IMG/VR virus record: IMGVR_UViG_3300042453_005404
Coordinates: 1-64,000 of that record
Reading direction: 5' to 3' (one strand)
DNA length: 64,000 nt
The notes below the pieces were generated by a model, which was not told the DNA's origin, ran no database searches, and was given only the letters and a program-made list of their open reading frames with translations. This document shows positions 9,110 through 19,665 of the stretch, piece by piece. Numbering within the stretch: position 1 is the first letter of the stretch; each line of letters starts with the position of its first letter. Both the position numbers and the translations under genes were made by a program.

Positions 9110-9685
9110 CTATGGTGAATCTGTTTTAACAGGCTCATTTGGATCTTCTAAACCCTGCCACAATCCCGGCATAGCCGGACCCTCAAAGTCTGGTTTGTGC
9201 ATCGCTCCAAAGCTTTCTTGAATATCATGTTCATATTCCAGAGTCACTTTTAGTCTTGGAATAGAATCATTAGCTATTTCATCTTTGGTAGCTGGACGTA
9301 CAACATCTAGAGTACATACCATCCATTGTTCGTCTGGTCCATGACACAATACCCCAGTATCACGAAATGCACGAAGTATTCTACGTTTCTCTTCTGGAGA
9401 GATATCAAGCTTTTCTACTTCGAAGTCTTTTGGTTCGTAGCCAGTATATTCAACGTGTGGCATTTCTTGAAGAGCTAAAGCATTTGGATCATGCACGGCT
9501 GGAGAAGCTGAAATAACTTTTCCTTTTTTGCGACGTTTTACTTTTTGTCCCGGCTTCATTCCAATCGGAAGCATAGGTCCACCTCCGATTTGCCCAGAAG
9601 TATCTAAACCACCGCCGCCAGCACTGATAGCCATTGCTTCTTCTATTGCTGCGTCTTCGTATATAATGCTTTTTAGTTTGCTCAT
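9110..9685 (-). CDS. Hypothetical protein (KSIIYED leader), putative head-associated
   Basis: 191-aa ORF with TAGTTA just upstream of the ATG. Confidence 0.65.
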   Translation of the reverse strand: MSKLKSIIYEDAAIEEAMAISAGGGGLDTSGQIGGGPMLPIGMKPGQKVKRRKKGKVISASPAVHDPNALALQEMPHVEYTGYEPKDFEVEKLDISPEEKRRILRAFRDTGVLCHGPDEQWMVCTLDVVRPATKDEIANDSIPRLKVTLEYEHDIQESFGAMHKPDFEGPAMPGLWQGLEDPNEPVKTDSP

Positions 9686-9694
9686 GCGATATAA

Positions 9695-10348
9695 CTACTT
9701 TAATGCAATCAAATCATTGTCGATCAACAGCTTACCAAGATAGCAACCAAACTCATGATCTGATTTGTAATGTACACCAATAAGTATTCTAGACAACCCA
9801 ATGCTCTCTGCTAGCTTCATTAGCTTTTCCTTATGTTTGGGATATTTCTGTGAAAGCAGAGAAGCCATGATATAGCTTTCATATGAATGACCACTTGGAT
9901 AAGCTGGATGGTTTGTGGCTTTTGTTTCGATCATTACATACAAGTCGAGATCATAGTATACAGCTAACTGATTTGGTCGGGGACGATTGTAATACTCTTT
10001 TAAACGATACAGCAAAGGCTCGGTTTCATCTAAAACACGATCCAAATCTTGTTTTGTTGTATCAGTAATGTTATACCGATAAAGAAAATCAACAAACACT
10101 TTAACCAAATCGTTTTCAGCGTTTTGACAAAACTCTAAAGTTGCTTCAGACACTTTGCTTGTGATTTTGACTAACTGAGATAGTTCATGCTTGGTTTGTG
10201 AAGAAACGTTGGACGGTGGAGGCATATCAAACAAGCGATCATATAAACCAAGATCAACTAGCCTTGCACTTATTTCGTCTTTTACAAGAGTCTTTTCTTT
10301 GTCTTTTAAGGTTAGGTTACCAAACTTGATATTATCGATAAAACTCAT
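9695..10348 (-). CDS. PAP2-superfamily acid phosphatase / haloperoxidase-like protein
   Basis: All three PAP2 motifs: KEYYNRPRP, YPSGHS and SRILIGVHYKSD. Start re-called at MSFIDNIK. Confidence 0.85.
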   Translation of the reverse strand: MSFIDNIKFGNLTLKDKEKTLVKDEISARLVDLGLYDRLFDMPPPSNVSSQTKHELSQLVKITSKVSEATLEFCQNAENDLVKVFVDFLYRYNITDTTKQDLDRVLDETEPLLYRLKEYYNRPRPNQLAVYYDLDLYVMIETKATNHPAYPSGHSYESYIMASLLSQKYPKHKEKLMKLAESIGLSRILIGVHYKSDHEFGCYLGKLLIDNDLIALK

Positions 10349-10359
10349 ACACCTAAGTA

Positions 10360-12081
10360 TCAACCTTCACAGGCTTTACATTCGGTGCTTTCACGCTTGT
10401 ATTCTCTGCTGCCGCTATCTCCTCTGATAACAGAGCTAGTGCGTAGATAATACAAGCTATTCAATCCTTCAGCGTGAGCCATCAAATGTACTTCATGGAT
10501 ATATTTTGGATCAGCATTTTCTGGAAAGAACAAGTTCAATGATTGACCTTGATCGATCCAGCGTTGACGCTGACCAGCAAGCTTAACCAAAGTAAACTGA
10601 TTAAGTTCTCTTGCCGTTAGAAAAACTTCCTTCTCTTCTGCTGATAGGAAGTCTAGATGTTGCACTGAACCATTCTCACGTTCAATGCTTTTCCAAACTT
10701 CATCTGTGTTCTTATCCTTCTTCTCAAGAAGGGCAACAAGAGTTCTGTTTTGTTGGATAATAGTTCCTTTGGCACTTTTTTGAACGAATACATTAGCCGC
10801 CCAAGGTTCAATGCTGGGAGAAACGTTTCCAGAGATAAGCGAGTTAGAAACGGTTGGAGCAAGCGCAATAAGGTGGGTATTACGTCGTCCAGAGCCAACA
10901 CACCACTCTGGTTCACCATATTCTTTTGCGAGCTCTGTAGAGGCTTCTAGAGCCTTTCGTTGAAGTCCAGAAAACATTGCTGCATTAATACGAAACGCAT
11001 CAAATGAATCTAGAGGAATCATGTGCTCTTGAAGATATGTGTGAAAGCCCATAGCTCCAAGACCAATAGCTCTGCCTTTTTCTGCTGAACGAACAGCACG
11101 TTCGAATCCATTAATCTTGGAAGCCTTTGCAATAAACTCTGTAAGAATGCCATCAAGAAACCATGTGGCAAGTTTTACTGCATCGGTATTCTTCCATTCA
11201 TCCCAACGAGCAAGGTTCATGGACGAAAGACAACACACGAACGAATGATCATCGTCTGTATGAAGAAAGATCTCGGTACAGATGTTCGAACCCTTTACAT
11301 CAAGGCTTCTTTCTTTATAGCAATCTGGACGATTGCGTGACACGTTATCTGTGAAGAAAAGATAAGGTTCACCTGTTTCCATACGAGCCTTTAGAATCTC
11401 GCTCCACTTTTCTCTTGCTTCTTTATCTCCAGCTTTTGCCCGTGCAATAAAATCATCGGTAATACAAATACCATGATGTGTGTTTAGGCACTGACGGTTT
11501 TGATCACCTTCTGGTCTACGCATACGTAGAAATTGCCAGAAATCACCATGATCTACTGGAAGATAAGCAGCAGAAGCTCCTCTGCGTACACCACCTTGAG
11601 AAACACCAATAGTAGTAGAGTCTTGAATCTTGATGAATGGAACAACCCCTTCCGACTTACCGTTGCCACGAATGGTTGCTCCTTGTGGACGTACACCATT
11701 CCAGTGAACGCCAACACCACCACCATTCTTTGTCATGGCAGCAAGCTCATGCATAGAACTCATAATACCGTCTATAGAGTCTGGAACGGCAAGAGAAAAG
11801 CATGAGATAGGAAGACCTCTTGTTGTACCGGTATTGGCAGCTACAGGTGACGCAAGACCTAACCAGTTATTCCACATAAGCTCAAAAAACTTTGGAGCAA
11901 GTTCCATTTTACCAAGGTGTCTAGCAGAAGAGTTAGAAACACGTTGCCACATTTGACGAGGTGTTTCTCCTGCAAGAAGATATGTTCCACGAAGCATTCG
12001 ATAGCTTTCTTCTGTAAGCCATTCTGGCGCATCGTTTTCTGTTTTTAGTTTTTGTAGTTCTTCTGCTGTAGACATACTCAT
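10360..12081 (-). CDS. nrdA: Ribonucleotide reductase class I alpha subunit (no ATP cone)
   Basis: LPISCF, KNGGGVG, SNICTEI, CCLSSMNL, APTVSNS, DQGQSLNLF, SLYYLR and C-terminal CKACEG. Confidence 0.95.
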   Translation of the reverse strand: MSMSTAEELQKLKTENDAPEWLTEESYRMLRGTYLLAGETPRQMWQRVSNSSARHLGKMELAPKFFELMWNNWLGLASPVAANTGTTRGLPISCFSLAVPDSIDGIMSSMHELAAMTKNGGGVGVHWNGVRPQGATIRGNGKSEGVVPFIKIQDSTTIGVSQGGVRRGASAAYLPVDHGDFWQFLRMRRPEGDQNRQCLNTHHGICITDDFIARAKAGDKEAREKWSEILKARMETGEPYLFFTDNVSRNRPDCYKERSLDVKGSNICTEIFLHTDDDHSFVCCLSSMNLARWDEWKNTDAVKLATWFLDGILTEFIAKASKINGFERAVRSAEKGRAIGLGAMGFHTYLQEHMIPLDSFDAFRINAAMFSGLQRKALEASTELAKEYGEPEWCVGSGRRNTHLIALAPTVSNSLISGNVSPSIEPWAANVFVQKSAKGTIIQQNRTLVALLEKKDKNTDEVWKSIERENGSVQHLDFLSAEEKEVFLTARELNQFTLVKLAGQRQRWIDQGQSLNLFFPENADPKYIHEVHLMAHAEGLNSLYYLRTSSVIRGDSGSREYKRESTECKACEG

Positions 12082-13043
12082 TTACCTTCTTCCCAAATAT
12101 TAGAGAAATCAACGTGGCCCTTGGAGTAGCTTGTAACTTTTTGTGCGAAGAAATCAGTGTGTTCCACTCCAGCAGTCATAAGATCAAACCATGACATACG
12201 CTTGATAGCTTCTTGATCAATGTTCTTCCAGTTCATTTTTAGTCCAAGTTCACCAAGCTTTGTGTTTGCACGATAACGAATAAACTGCTTGATATCCTTG
12301 GCATCGATACCTTCTATTTTACATCCTTGAAAAACTTTATCAATGAAATCATCTTCAAGTTCAATAGTAACACGGGCAGCTTCGTAAATGCTTTTCTTTA
12401 CTTCATCTGTCCACACTTCTGGGTATTCTTTAATGAACTCACGGAACAACCAACACCCTGCCTCACTGTGCAAAGATTCGTCTCTAACAGACCATGAAAT
12501 GATTTGTCCCACTCCCTTAAGCTTGTTCCATCTGGAGAAGTTAAACAATATTGCAAAAGACGAGAACAAAGAAACTCCTTCTGTAAAGCCAGAAAAGATA
12601 GCAAGCGAGCGGGCGATATCATGTTTATCATCACCTTTCACATCAATCAAACGATCAATCTTTGCCTTGGCTGTTGGTTCTTGAAGGAACGCATCATATT
12701 CTGTTAGGCCAAGTGAATCATTAAGGTAAGCATAACCAATCGTGTGAACAGTTTCCATGTTACCAAAGGCTGTACCCATCATAACGATTTCTGGATGTGG
12801 AAACCACTTAGCAATCTTTGTGGTCCAATAATCGTTCACAACAAGCTCGGTTTGAATAAAACCTTTAAGAACACCACCAACAACTTGTTTTTCTTGTGGT
12901 GTAAGGTTTTCTGCCCAATCTTGAATATCTGAAGCCATTTGAACTTCTGATGGAAGCCAATGAGCTTGCTGTTGCTTTAGCCAGAAATCATGTGCTTTGT
13001 CATACAAAAACGGCTTATAAGTTATGCGCCCATCTAACAACAT
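12078..13043 (-). CDS. nrdB: Ribonucleotide reductase class I beta subunit
   Basis: HWLPSEV, di-iron motifs METVHTIGY, TEGVSLFSSF and RDESLH, and C-terminal DFFAQKVTSY. Confidence 0.95.
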   Translation of the reverse strand: MLLDGRITYKPFLYDKAHDFWLKQQQAHWLPSEVQMASDIQDWAENLTPQEKQVVGGVLKGFIQTELVVNDYWTTKIAKWFPHPEIVMMGTAFGNMETVHTIGYAYLNDSLGLTEYDAFLQEPTAKAKIDRLIDVKGDDKHDIARSLAIFSGFTEGVSLFSSFAILFNFSRWNKLKGVGQIISWSVRDESLHSEAGCWLFREFIKEYPEVWTDEVKKSIYEAARVTIELEDDFIDKVFQGCKIEGIDAKDIKQFIRYRANTKLGELGLKMNWKNIDQEAIKRMSWFDLMTAGVEHTDFFAQKVTSYSKGHVDFSNIWEEGK

Positions 13044-13059
13044 ATACGTACCTTATCTT

Positions 13060-14496
13060 TCAGTGATTTTGATTCAGCTTGGTTAGCTGAAACTTTTCTT
13101 TGCTTTTCTTGATAGCTTCTTTGAAACGGCTTACAGTATCGTCTTGCATACGTTCTTTTTCTGTTTCCATTTCAACTTGAAGTCCTTCAACTTCATCAGC
13201 CGTCAAAACACGAAGCTTGCTTCTTGCAGTATCAACGTGAACCTTGAACTGCAAACCATCCACACCAAATCGGTTCTTGGCTACAAACAGTGTTCCCAAA
13301 CCTGTTGCCTTTTGTGTGCTCAAACGTTGCAAACCAAGAACAAAATCTGCTTCTGCTGCTTGGCCATAGCTTTCTGCCATGTTTGTAAGATCTACAATGT
13401 CACTCTTTGCACCATCTTTGTTTGATTGCAACGCAGTCCATACAGGGCAGTCAAGTTCCTTTGCCATCTTTCGAATCTCTTGAATAACATATTGCATCTC
13501 AAGTCTGGGAAGATCGTAACGTTCTGTTGAACGAATAATCCCAGCATAGTCGATCAAAACAAGGTCTGGCTTAATGCCCTTGTAACTCATTTTCTCAATG
13601 TGAGATTTAATGGTGTTACAGGTAATAGAACGTGCTGGAAACTCTTTAATGATAAGTCTACCAAGATTTTCTTTGTTGGCTTCAAAATATTCCTTGATAA
13701 TATCTTGAGCATCAATACAATCACTGCTGTTAATCTCTGTTAGGTGACTGTCATAACGAATACCTACATAACGTTCGTTAAGTTCCATTGTGTAGTGATA
13801 AACGTTTTTACCCTTGAGCAACGCTTGAGCACCAAAATGTGTAAGCAAGTGAGATTTACCCACGCCAGACGGAGCAACAACAATACCAATCTCACCAGCA
13901 CCTAGTCCACCAGCCATCACCTTCTTTTCATCTAGTTCAGCAATACCGGTAGCAATAGGATGACGATATGTGACACTATATCGTGCTTCAATATCATTGT
14001 TGTAGTCATGGCCGGGAGAGCTAGACATTCCCGCAGCGATAGCTGTTTTCATGATATCAACAACAGTTTCATACTTGTCTGTTAGAATGATATCAACAGA
14101 TTCAGACAACGCCTTCTTGAGAAGCTGTTGACGGCAAAAGGTGAAAGCTTTTTCTTTAACCCAAGGAAGATCATTCATTTCTTCGCTGCGAATAACCTTT
14201 TGTAGAAAGCCATGACATTGCTCACGAAGAACAAGATCAGAGTTGTTGCTTAGTTCATCTTTGATAATGGTGATAAGAAGTTCCATTGTAGGAAACTCTT
14301 TGTAGCTGTGATAATAGCTGATGTATTTGTTCGCAATAAGTTTAAGGTAAACAGGTTCAAGGCATTCATCTACAGAGAATACCTCAATGAACTGTGTTGC
14401 CCAGTTTCGGTCTGTGAGAAGTGCTTGCAGAACTTTCTCTTGAAAGCTTTTGCCAAGGTTACCGAATCCTGCTGCGTTTGTTTTTGTCGAAGACAT
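13060..14496 (-). CDS. DnaB/T4 gp41-like replicative helicase (probable start 14496)
   Basis: Walker A APSGVGKS, LIIKEFP, DLVLIDYAGI, WTALQSNK and AKNRFG. A GGAG SD precedes ATG 14496. Confidence 0.9.
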   Translation of the reverse strand: MSSTKTNAAGFGNLGKSFQEKVLQALLTDRNWATQFIEVFSVDECLEPVYLKLIANKYISYYHSYKEFPTMELLITIIKDELSNNSDLVLREQCHGFLQKVIRSEEMNDLPWVKEKAFTFCRQQLLKKALSESVDIILTDKYETVVDIMKTAIAAGMSSSPGHDYNNDIEARYSVTYRHPIATGIAELDEKKVMAGGLGAGEIGIVVAPSGVGKSHLLTHFGAQALLKGKNVYHYTMELNERYVGIRYDSHLTEINSSDCIDAQDIIKEYFEANKENLGRLIIKEFPARSITCNTIKSHIEKMSYKGIKPDLVLIDYAGIIRSTERYDLPRLEMQYVIQEIRKMAKELDCPVWTALQSNKDGAKSDIVDLTNMAESYGQAAEADFVLGLQRLSTQKATGLGTLFVAKNRFGVDGLQFKVHVDTARSKLRVLTADEVEGLQVEMETEKERMQDDTVSRFKEAIKKSKEKFQLTKLNQNH

Positions 14497-14617
14497 ATGC
14501 TGCTCCATTCCTATGAGAACTATCTTACCTAATCTATCAGGGTATATTCGGAAACTAAAAGGGTTGGCAACATCGTTGGTAGATGTAACTATCATCTACT
14601 TCAAAGGTTGCCAAAGA

Positions 14618-15610
14618 TTATCGAACTAGCGTTTTTGCCATGGTAAACGTGAAATCTAAATCGTTTGTTAGCGGAATATCAGCCCCAGTGAACGTTTTTA
14701 TAAAACCCAACTTATCTGCAACAGGTTGAAAATTTTCTACCTTGTAATCTACCTTGCTTATCTGACTTGCCGCCAAACAGCTTGTATCCAAATACATCAA
14801 CTGCCAGTTCCTTGCTACAACAGAGGAATGACTAACAATGTCACTAAAACATTTCAAAGGCTTTTTGCTGGCTTTTATTTCGTTGTTAGCGGCTTCAAGC
14901 AGCCAAGCTTGATCTAGATCCACATCATCTCTTGCAAAGTCTTTAAAACGGCTTGTAATGGTTTTAAAACCTATGCCGGGAACTCCGTCAAGGTTATCGC
15001 TGGTATCACCAATAACCGAACGTGCAAGAGTAATGTTTCTTGGCGACACCCCGAAGTTTTTCAACACATAATCAGAATCGATCAATATCTTTCTTGCTGG
15101 ATCAAAGATTCTTACTGTTGAATCCTCCAACAACTGATAAAAGTCTTTGTCGCTGGACACAACTATTTTGGTGCAAGCTTCGTTTTGAAACTTACGTTTT
15201 ACAAGATATGCAATAATGTCATCGGCTTCTGTGTCTTGCACATATACCTGACAAACAGGTAAATGACCTAAAGCTTTGCTTACAAGTTGCAACTGATAAA
15301 CCTTGTTCTTCATGTTGCTATTAGGATTGAACTTGCCATCGTTGCGATACATTTCTTGCAACCCTTTGTTGGTTGCACGATTGGCTTTGTATTCAGAATA
15401 AATGTGTTTGCGTCGAGGAGAAGGCCCACCTTGCTCCCATACAACGAATACACGATCTGGGTGAAGCTGGGATATAAGCTTGCCAAGACCACGAACAAAT
15501 CCAGTAACCCCACCAACCAGTTCACCGCTAGCTGTTACAGTTTCATTAACCATAAAGTTACGAGTGAAATAGTTTAAACCGTCAATCACAAGAATAGGTT
15601 TTGATATCAT
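14618..15610 (-). CDS. 5'-3' exonuclease / flap endonuclease (T4 RNase H / PolI N-terminal type)
   Basis: LVIDGLN, YKANR, TEADDIIAY, SSDKDFYQL and HhH GDTSDNLDGVPGIGFKT. Confidence 0.92.
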   Translation of the reverse strand: MISKPILVIDGLNYFTRNFMVNETVTASGELVGGVTGFVRGLGKLISQLHPDRVFVVWEQGGPSPRRKHIYSEYKANRATNKGLQEMYRNDGKFNPNSNMKNKVYQLQLVSKALGHLPVCQVYVQDTEADDIIAYLVKRKFQNEACTKIVVSSDKDFYQLLEDSTVRIFDPARKILIDSDYVLKNFGVSPRNITLARSVIGDTSDNLDGVPGIGFKTITSRFKDFARDDVDLDQAWLLEAANNEIKASKKPLKCFSDIVSHSSVVARNWQLMYLDTSCLAASQISKVDYKVENFQPVADKLGFIKTFTGADIPLTNDLDFTFTMAKTLVR

Positions 15611-16107
15611 AGTAACTCCAAATGGTTTTCATTAATGTCGGTTGTTGCAAAAGCTATGTAGCCCACTTCACCATCACCACGTAGTATTTTTGTATACACT
15701 ATAATCCATTCTATATTTTGTTGTGGTTGCCCTGTAAACACTCCAAACGTTCCCAAATGAATGCCAATCGGTTCATTATATCTAAACTGAGCCCATCCCA
15801 TGCTACCAAAACTGTCGCCTATACCTTCTTCTAGAACAAAAGCTTCTTCTAGTGAAAACGGCGGAAATGACTTCAAAACTTGAATCGCTTGTAATCCGTT
15901 ATATGGTTCGAACATTGGATTGTTAAACCATGGTGTTCGAACCACGTAATCTTTGTATTCCGATTCGATTAGCTTGTTTAGATCATCACATTTCCATCCT
16001 TGTGAGTTTAACGTTACAGACCTTCCTTCAATTCGTGACATGTTTAAAAACTGAAATCCTTTAATGAACGTTCCCGGTTTTAAGTCAAAAAGTTCTTTGG
16101 CCAACAT
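15607..16107 (-). CDS. Hypothetical protein with a C-terminal KILxxDGxVGY beta-barrel-like motif
   Basis: Start re-called at MLAKELF, just after the dut stop; contains YTKILRGDGEVGYI. Confidence 0.6.
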   Translation of the reverse strand: MLAKELFDLKPGTFIKGFQFLNMSRIEGRSVTLNSQGWKCDDLNKLIESEYKDYVVRTPWFNNPMFEPYNGLQAIQVLKSFPPFSLEEAFVLEEGIGDSFGSMGWAQFRYNEPIGIHLGTFGVFTGQPQQNIEWIIVYTKILRGDGEVGYIAFATTDINENHLELL

Positions 16108-16108
16108 G

Positions 16109-16588
16109 TCATGCCCCTGTTGAACCAAAGCCGCCCGCACCTCTGTCCGTAGAAGTTACAACATCAGTCTCAACAAAATCAACTTTATACGTTGGACTGT
16201 TTGCAAATATTTGTTGAATCACCAACTGAGCAACTCGTTCCCCCTGCTTTACTTGATAAGGTTGTTTTGAAAGATTGGCTAGAACAACATTAATCTCTCC
16301 TCGGTAGTTTACATCTACTGTACCCGTAACTGGAAACACGAGCTTTCTAGAAAGACCCGAACGTGAACGTACATCAAGGTAATACGCATTACCATCTGAA
16401 TCTACCAAAGGACAATCTGCCAACTGCAATCCAGTTTTAACCATGGTTACTTCACCGACAGGCAGCAACGTATCTTCTACAGCTGTAATATCAAATCCAG
16501 CATCGCCAAACTCATGTGCGTGTTTTGGCATCGTGGCATTAGGACTAAGCTTCACAAACTTGATAACTAACTCTTTACGACTTGTCAT
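16109..16588 (-). CDS. dut: Trimeric dUTPase
   Basis: AGFDI, RSRSGL, GTVDVNYRGEI, ERVAQLV and RGAGGFGSTG. Confidence 0.96.
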   Translation of the reverse strand: MTSRKELVIKFVKLSPNATMPKHAHEFGDAGFDITAVEDTLLPVGEVTMVKTGLQLADCPLVDSDGNAYYLDVRSRSGLSRKLVFPVTGTVDVNYRGEINVVLANLSKQPYQVKQGERVAQLVIQQIFANSPTYKVDFVETDVVTSTDRGAGGFGSTGA

Positions 16589-16649
16589 GTATCATTACCT
16601 CGTTGATCAACCATAACAAGTGCAAAAGCCAGATATCAAACAAAAACAA

Positions 16650-16679
16650 AAAGGCCGGTTACTTTCGTAACCGGCCTTT
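16650..16679 (-). terminator. Intrinsic terminator after the AAA+ ATPase gene
   Basis: Perfect 13-bp stem aaaggccggttac/gtaaccggccttt. On the minus strand it has a GAAA loop followed by a U-rich tract. Confidence 0.88.
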
Positions 16680-16712
16680 CTGATTGTCTAGGCTGGTCTA
16701 GCCAGCGGGCTC

Positions 16713-18005
16713 TCAACGCTTGCGAGTACGAGCCTTAACAGGGGTTGCAGGAGCAGCGGGAGCCGCAGGAGCAGGTGCCGCAGCCTTGGGAGCAGGAGTG
16801 TTACCAGCAAGCACCCGAACCAGAAGCTCCTCGATATGACCATGCACCTTGAAGGCATTAGCACGGTTAGCATTGAGAGACTTCCAAGAAGCCATGAGAA
16901 CCTCGGCAGGAGCATCCTTCATGTAAGCGCCGAACTGCGCAGCCTCGGAATCAGTCAGAGCATGAGTCTTAAGCTTGTGGTCAAGCTTGCCCATGATATC
17001 GATGAACTTGGCATGACGCTTGGCATCATCCTTGGGAAGACGAGCCTTGGTGCCCTTCCAATCCTTGAGAACATCCTCCGCAGAGATATCGAGGCCACGC
17101 TCCTTGACGAACTTCCAGAAAGCGTTGGCAGCCTCGAAACCAACCATGCTAGCAGCCATGTGGCAGAACACAACATCCTCCGGGGCATCGTAAAGACCCG
17201 ACTGAGTGAGCTCTGCATCAAGGTTACCCCAAGCACGACGGTCAGGGTACTTCTTGTTAGGCTCGCAAGTATCCTTGTACTCAAGGTACTTCTCATTGCT
17301 ACGGATGAACTCCACAAGAGCCTGATTGCAGTGCTCATTAGCCCAATCGAGCCAATCCTGCGTAGTGGGATCGAGATCGACAACAGCGTAACGAGACAGA
17401 GCAGCAGGGTCCATCGGAGTAACGTCATACTGGTCACCGACGTTTACCGCAACCATGATGCGAGTACCATCATGCAGAAGGTTACCATCGAAAGCCTTGC
17501 TATCCGCAAGCTGGAAGGTAGCCTGTTCAACACCCTTGATCGCACGGTTAAGCTCATCGAGGAAGAGCACGCACGGGAACTCGCAAGTAGCCAGAAGCCA
17601 CTCGCAAGCACGGAACACCGTGCCACCACGGTTACCCTCGAAGGGAATACCCGTGATATCACCCTCGGTCATCTGCGACAGACGACGCTCCACAACCGGG
17701 ATACCCATATCGTAATGCCACACGTTGCGAGGCATATCCGCATAAGCAGGATTGCTACCGTTACGCTTCCAGAACGAAGCGATTGCCTTGGCAAAGCCAG
17801 AATCCTTGCCAAGAGCAGCGGTCACCCGCTCGCAGTTACCACGATCCATGTAGAAATCGTGACGAAGTTCACTAGCGATCTGATAGACCACCTGTGACTT
17901 GCCGATACCGTGACGACCACGAAGCATGGTCGCACGATTCGCAGAGAATCGCTTGAAGAGGTTCTTGGTGGACTTGATATCGAGAGTGAGAGCGGAGAGA
18001 GCCAT
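16713..18005 (-). CDS. MoxR-like AAA+ ATPase
   Basis: Walker A GRHGIGKS, Walker B LFLDELNR, MDPAALSRY and YPDRRAW. Confidence 0.85.
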   Translation of the reverse strand: MALSALTLDIKSTKNLFKRFSANRATMLRGRHGIGKSQVVYQIASELRHDFYMDRGNCERVTAALGKDSGFAKAIASFWKRNGSNPAYADMPRNVWHYDMGIPVVERRLSQMTEGDITGIPFEGNRGGTVFRACEWLLATCEFPCVLFLDELNRAIKGVEQATFQLADSKAFDGNLLHDGTRIMVAVNVGDQYDVTPMDPAALSRYAVVDLDPTTQDWLDWANEHCNQALVEFIRSNEKYLEYKDTCEPNKKYPDRRAWGNLDAELTQSGLYDAPEDVVFCHMAASMVGFEAANAFWKFVKERGLDISAEDVLKDWKGTKARLPKDDAKRHAKFIDIMGKLDHKLKTHALTDSEAAQFGAYMKDAPAEVLMASWKSLNANRANAFKVHGHIEELLVRVLAGNTPAPKAAAPAPAAPAAPATPVKARTRKR

Positions 18006-18035
18006 TTGCTTGTTTCCTTTAGCCTTTCTAGAACC

Positions 18036-18064
18036 AGTATATCAGTCAGTTGCGATTTTCTAAA
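18036..18064 (-). promoter_or_regulatory. Early sigma70-type promoter TTTAGA-N17-TATACT
   Basis: Read directly on the minus strand, with an extended -10 TG; lies 30 nt upstream of the AAA+ gene. Confidence 0.75.
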
Positions 18065-18107
18065 ACTTATTTATTTTTTTTTGTTTTTGGCTGAAATACA
18101 GGGGTTT

Positions 18108-18320
18108 TCAGCTGTTTTGAAGTTCAAGCCATTCCCAACCGTTGACCAAATCCTCTTCTGCAAGATTTGTGGCAAATCGAACGGCGTCGTTACGAGCAAG
18201 GGGATCGCAGTTTGTACACACAGAGAACAAAGGCTCCTCGCTGACATAGAAGGTCGATCCTTCGCCAGCTTCTTGACATTTCTCGCAAGTTACTTCTTCC
18301 GGCCAAAAATACTGGAACAC
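18108..18320 (-). CDS. Small putative Zn-finger protein (CEKC...CTNC)
   Basis: GTG start at 18320 with an AGGAG SD 7 nt upstream; two CxxC motifs. Confidence 0.55.
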   Translation of the reverse strand: MFQYFWPEEVTCEKCQEAGEGSTFYVSEEPLFSVCTNCDPLARNDAVRFATNLAEEDLVNGWEWLELQNS

Positions 18321-18333
18321 AGCAATACTCCTT

Positions 18334-19659
18334 TCACGCACGCCTAACAGCCTTGTCTTCCTTGCCCATCTTAACAATCAAGTCACCGGGACGGGCCGCA
18401 GAGATATCACCAGTTTCGGTAATAACCCACATAACCTTGGTACCAACCACGGCACCCATCTTGGGAGCATATCCGTCAGTCATGATGATACATGCACTGT
18501 ACTTACCCTTGCGCTTGCTGTCGTTGAGGTAACGCTGCACGGCATCGAAGTCTGTACCACCGCAGCGGGTACGAGCCCACTTAAAGCTCTGGCCGTTGTT
18601 GACCGACTGCAAAGACTTTTCATCCATCTCGGTATCAAAGTTAATGATATCGATCTTGCCTTCCTTGCTGGCAGCAAAAGTCTCTGCAAGAAACCGACGA
18701 ACATCATCGTCACTAACCGACCCAGATTGATCGATAGCACAGAGAATGTTGGCAATGGTGCTACGCTTGGCTCCCGGCATCATGTACGGAAGACGCTTGT
18801 TGATACGCTTCATGGTGCTGTTACGCTCCATGCTACGAGTGCGACCGATAAACATACGCAGAATGGCCTTCCAATCAAGCTCATTCTTCAGAAGCTTCTC
18901 GATCTGAGAGACAACCTCGGAAGGGATAGAGCCCCACGAAGCACGCTGCTGCGCAGCCTTGGCACCCTTCTCGATCAACTCACGAACCTGCTCACGCATG
19001 ATATCACGAAGCTCGTCGGGCACATCACCCCAACCACCGTGACCGTCGAGAGATTCACCATCCTCGTTGCCAACCTCAAGGGTATACTCACCCTCGTCAT
19101 TGGTCTTGCCGTTTTGCTCGGCATATTCTTCCAAACGAGCCATGTACCAATCGGCACTCTCATGCTTGGGAAAGCTCTTGATAAGAGCCGCAAGCTTGGG
19201 ATCATCCGACTTGGGAGCACGACCGGGCATAAGACAGAAATCGGGAAGCTTGTCGCCGCCGATAATCGAGTTGATGGCAAGATCGGTAGCAACGTTCCAC
19301 AGACGAGAACGCTTGCGATCCGCAACGCTGCGCTCTGCAATATGCATGAACGCAACGTGAAACATCTCATGCATAAGCACACCAATCCGCTGCTTGGTAG
19401 GAAGGGAACGCATGAAATCAGGGTTATATCCCATCTTGATATTACCCTGCTTGTCTGCACAAACGTAGGCAGTATCTACCTTCCAATCCGCAACCTTGGG
19501 AATATGCATAGACATACCTCCAAGAAACGGCTCCTCTTGCATGAGTTGAATGAACTCACGATCAAAACGATATTCCTCGGAGGGAACGTTGGGATCGGGC
19601 TCATGCCGCACGTTGAGAGAAGTGACCTTGTTGCTGGTGTTGTCGTTCTTGGTTTCCAT
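18334..19659 (-). CDS. DUF2201-type metallopeptidase-like plus VWA domain protein (MoxR partner)
   Basis: HEMFH (HExxH), WNVATDLAIN, MIDAS AIDQSGS, GGTDF and IIMTDG. Confidence 0.88.
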   Translation of the reverse strand: METKNDNTSNKVTSLNVRHEPDPNVPSEEYRFDREFIQLMQEEPFLGGMSMHIPKVADWKVDTAYVCADKQGNIKMGYNPDFMRSLPTKQRIGVLMHEMFHVAFMHIAERSVADRKRSRLWNVATDLAINSIIGGDKLPDFCLMPGRAPKSDDPKLAALIKSFPKHESADWYMARLEEYAEQNGKTNDEGEYTLEVGNEDGESLDGHGGWGDVPDELRDIMREQVRELIEKGAKAAQQRASWGSIPSEVVSQIEKLLKNELDWKAILRMFIGRTRSMERNSTMKRINKRLPYMMPGAKRSTIANILCAIDQSGSVSDDDVRRFLAETFAASKEGKIDIINFDTEMDEKSLQSVNNGQSFKWARTRCGGTDFDAVQRYLNDSKRKGKYSACIIMTDGYAPKMGAVVGTKVMWVITETGDISAARPGDLIVKMGKEDKAVRRA

Positions 19660-19665
19660 ACTATT

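Noticed and set aside
16836-17897. 353-aa plus-strand ORF
   Set aside because: It is an antisense shadow of the AAA+ ATPase, explained by that gene's codon bias, and has no recognisable motifs.
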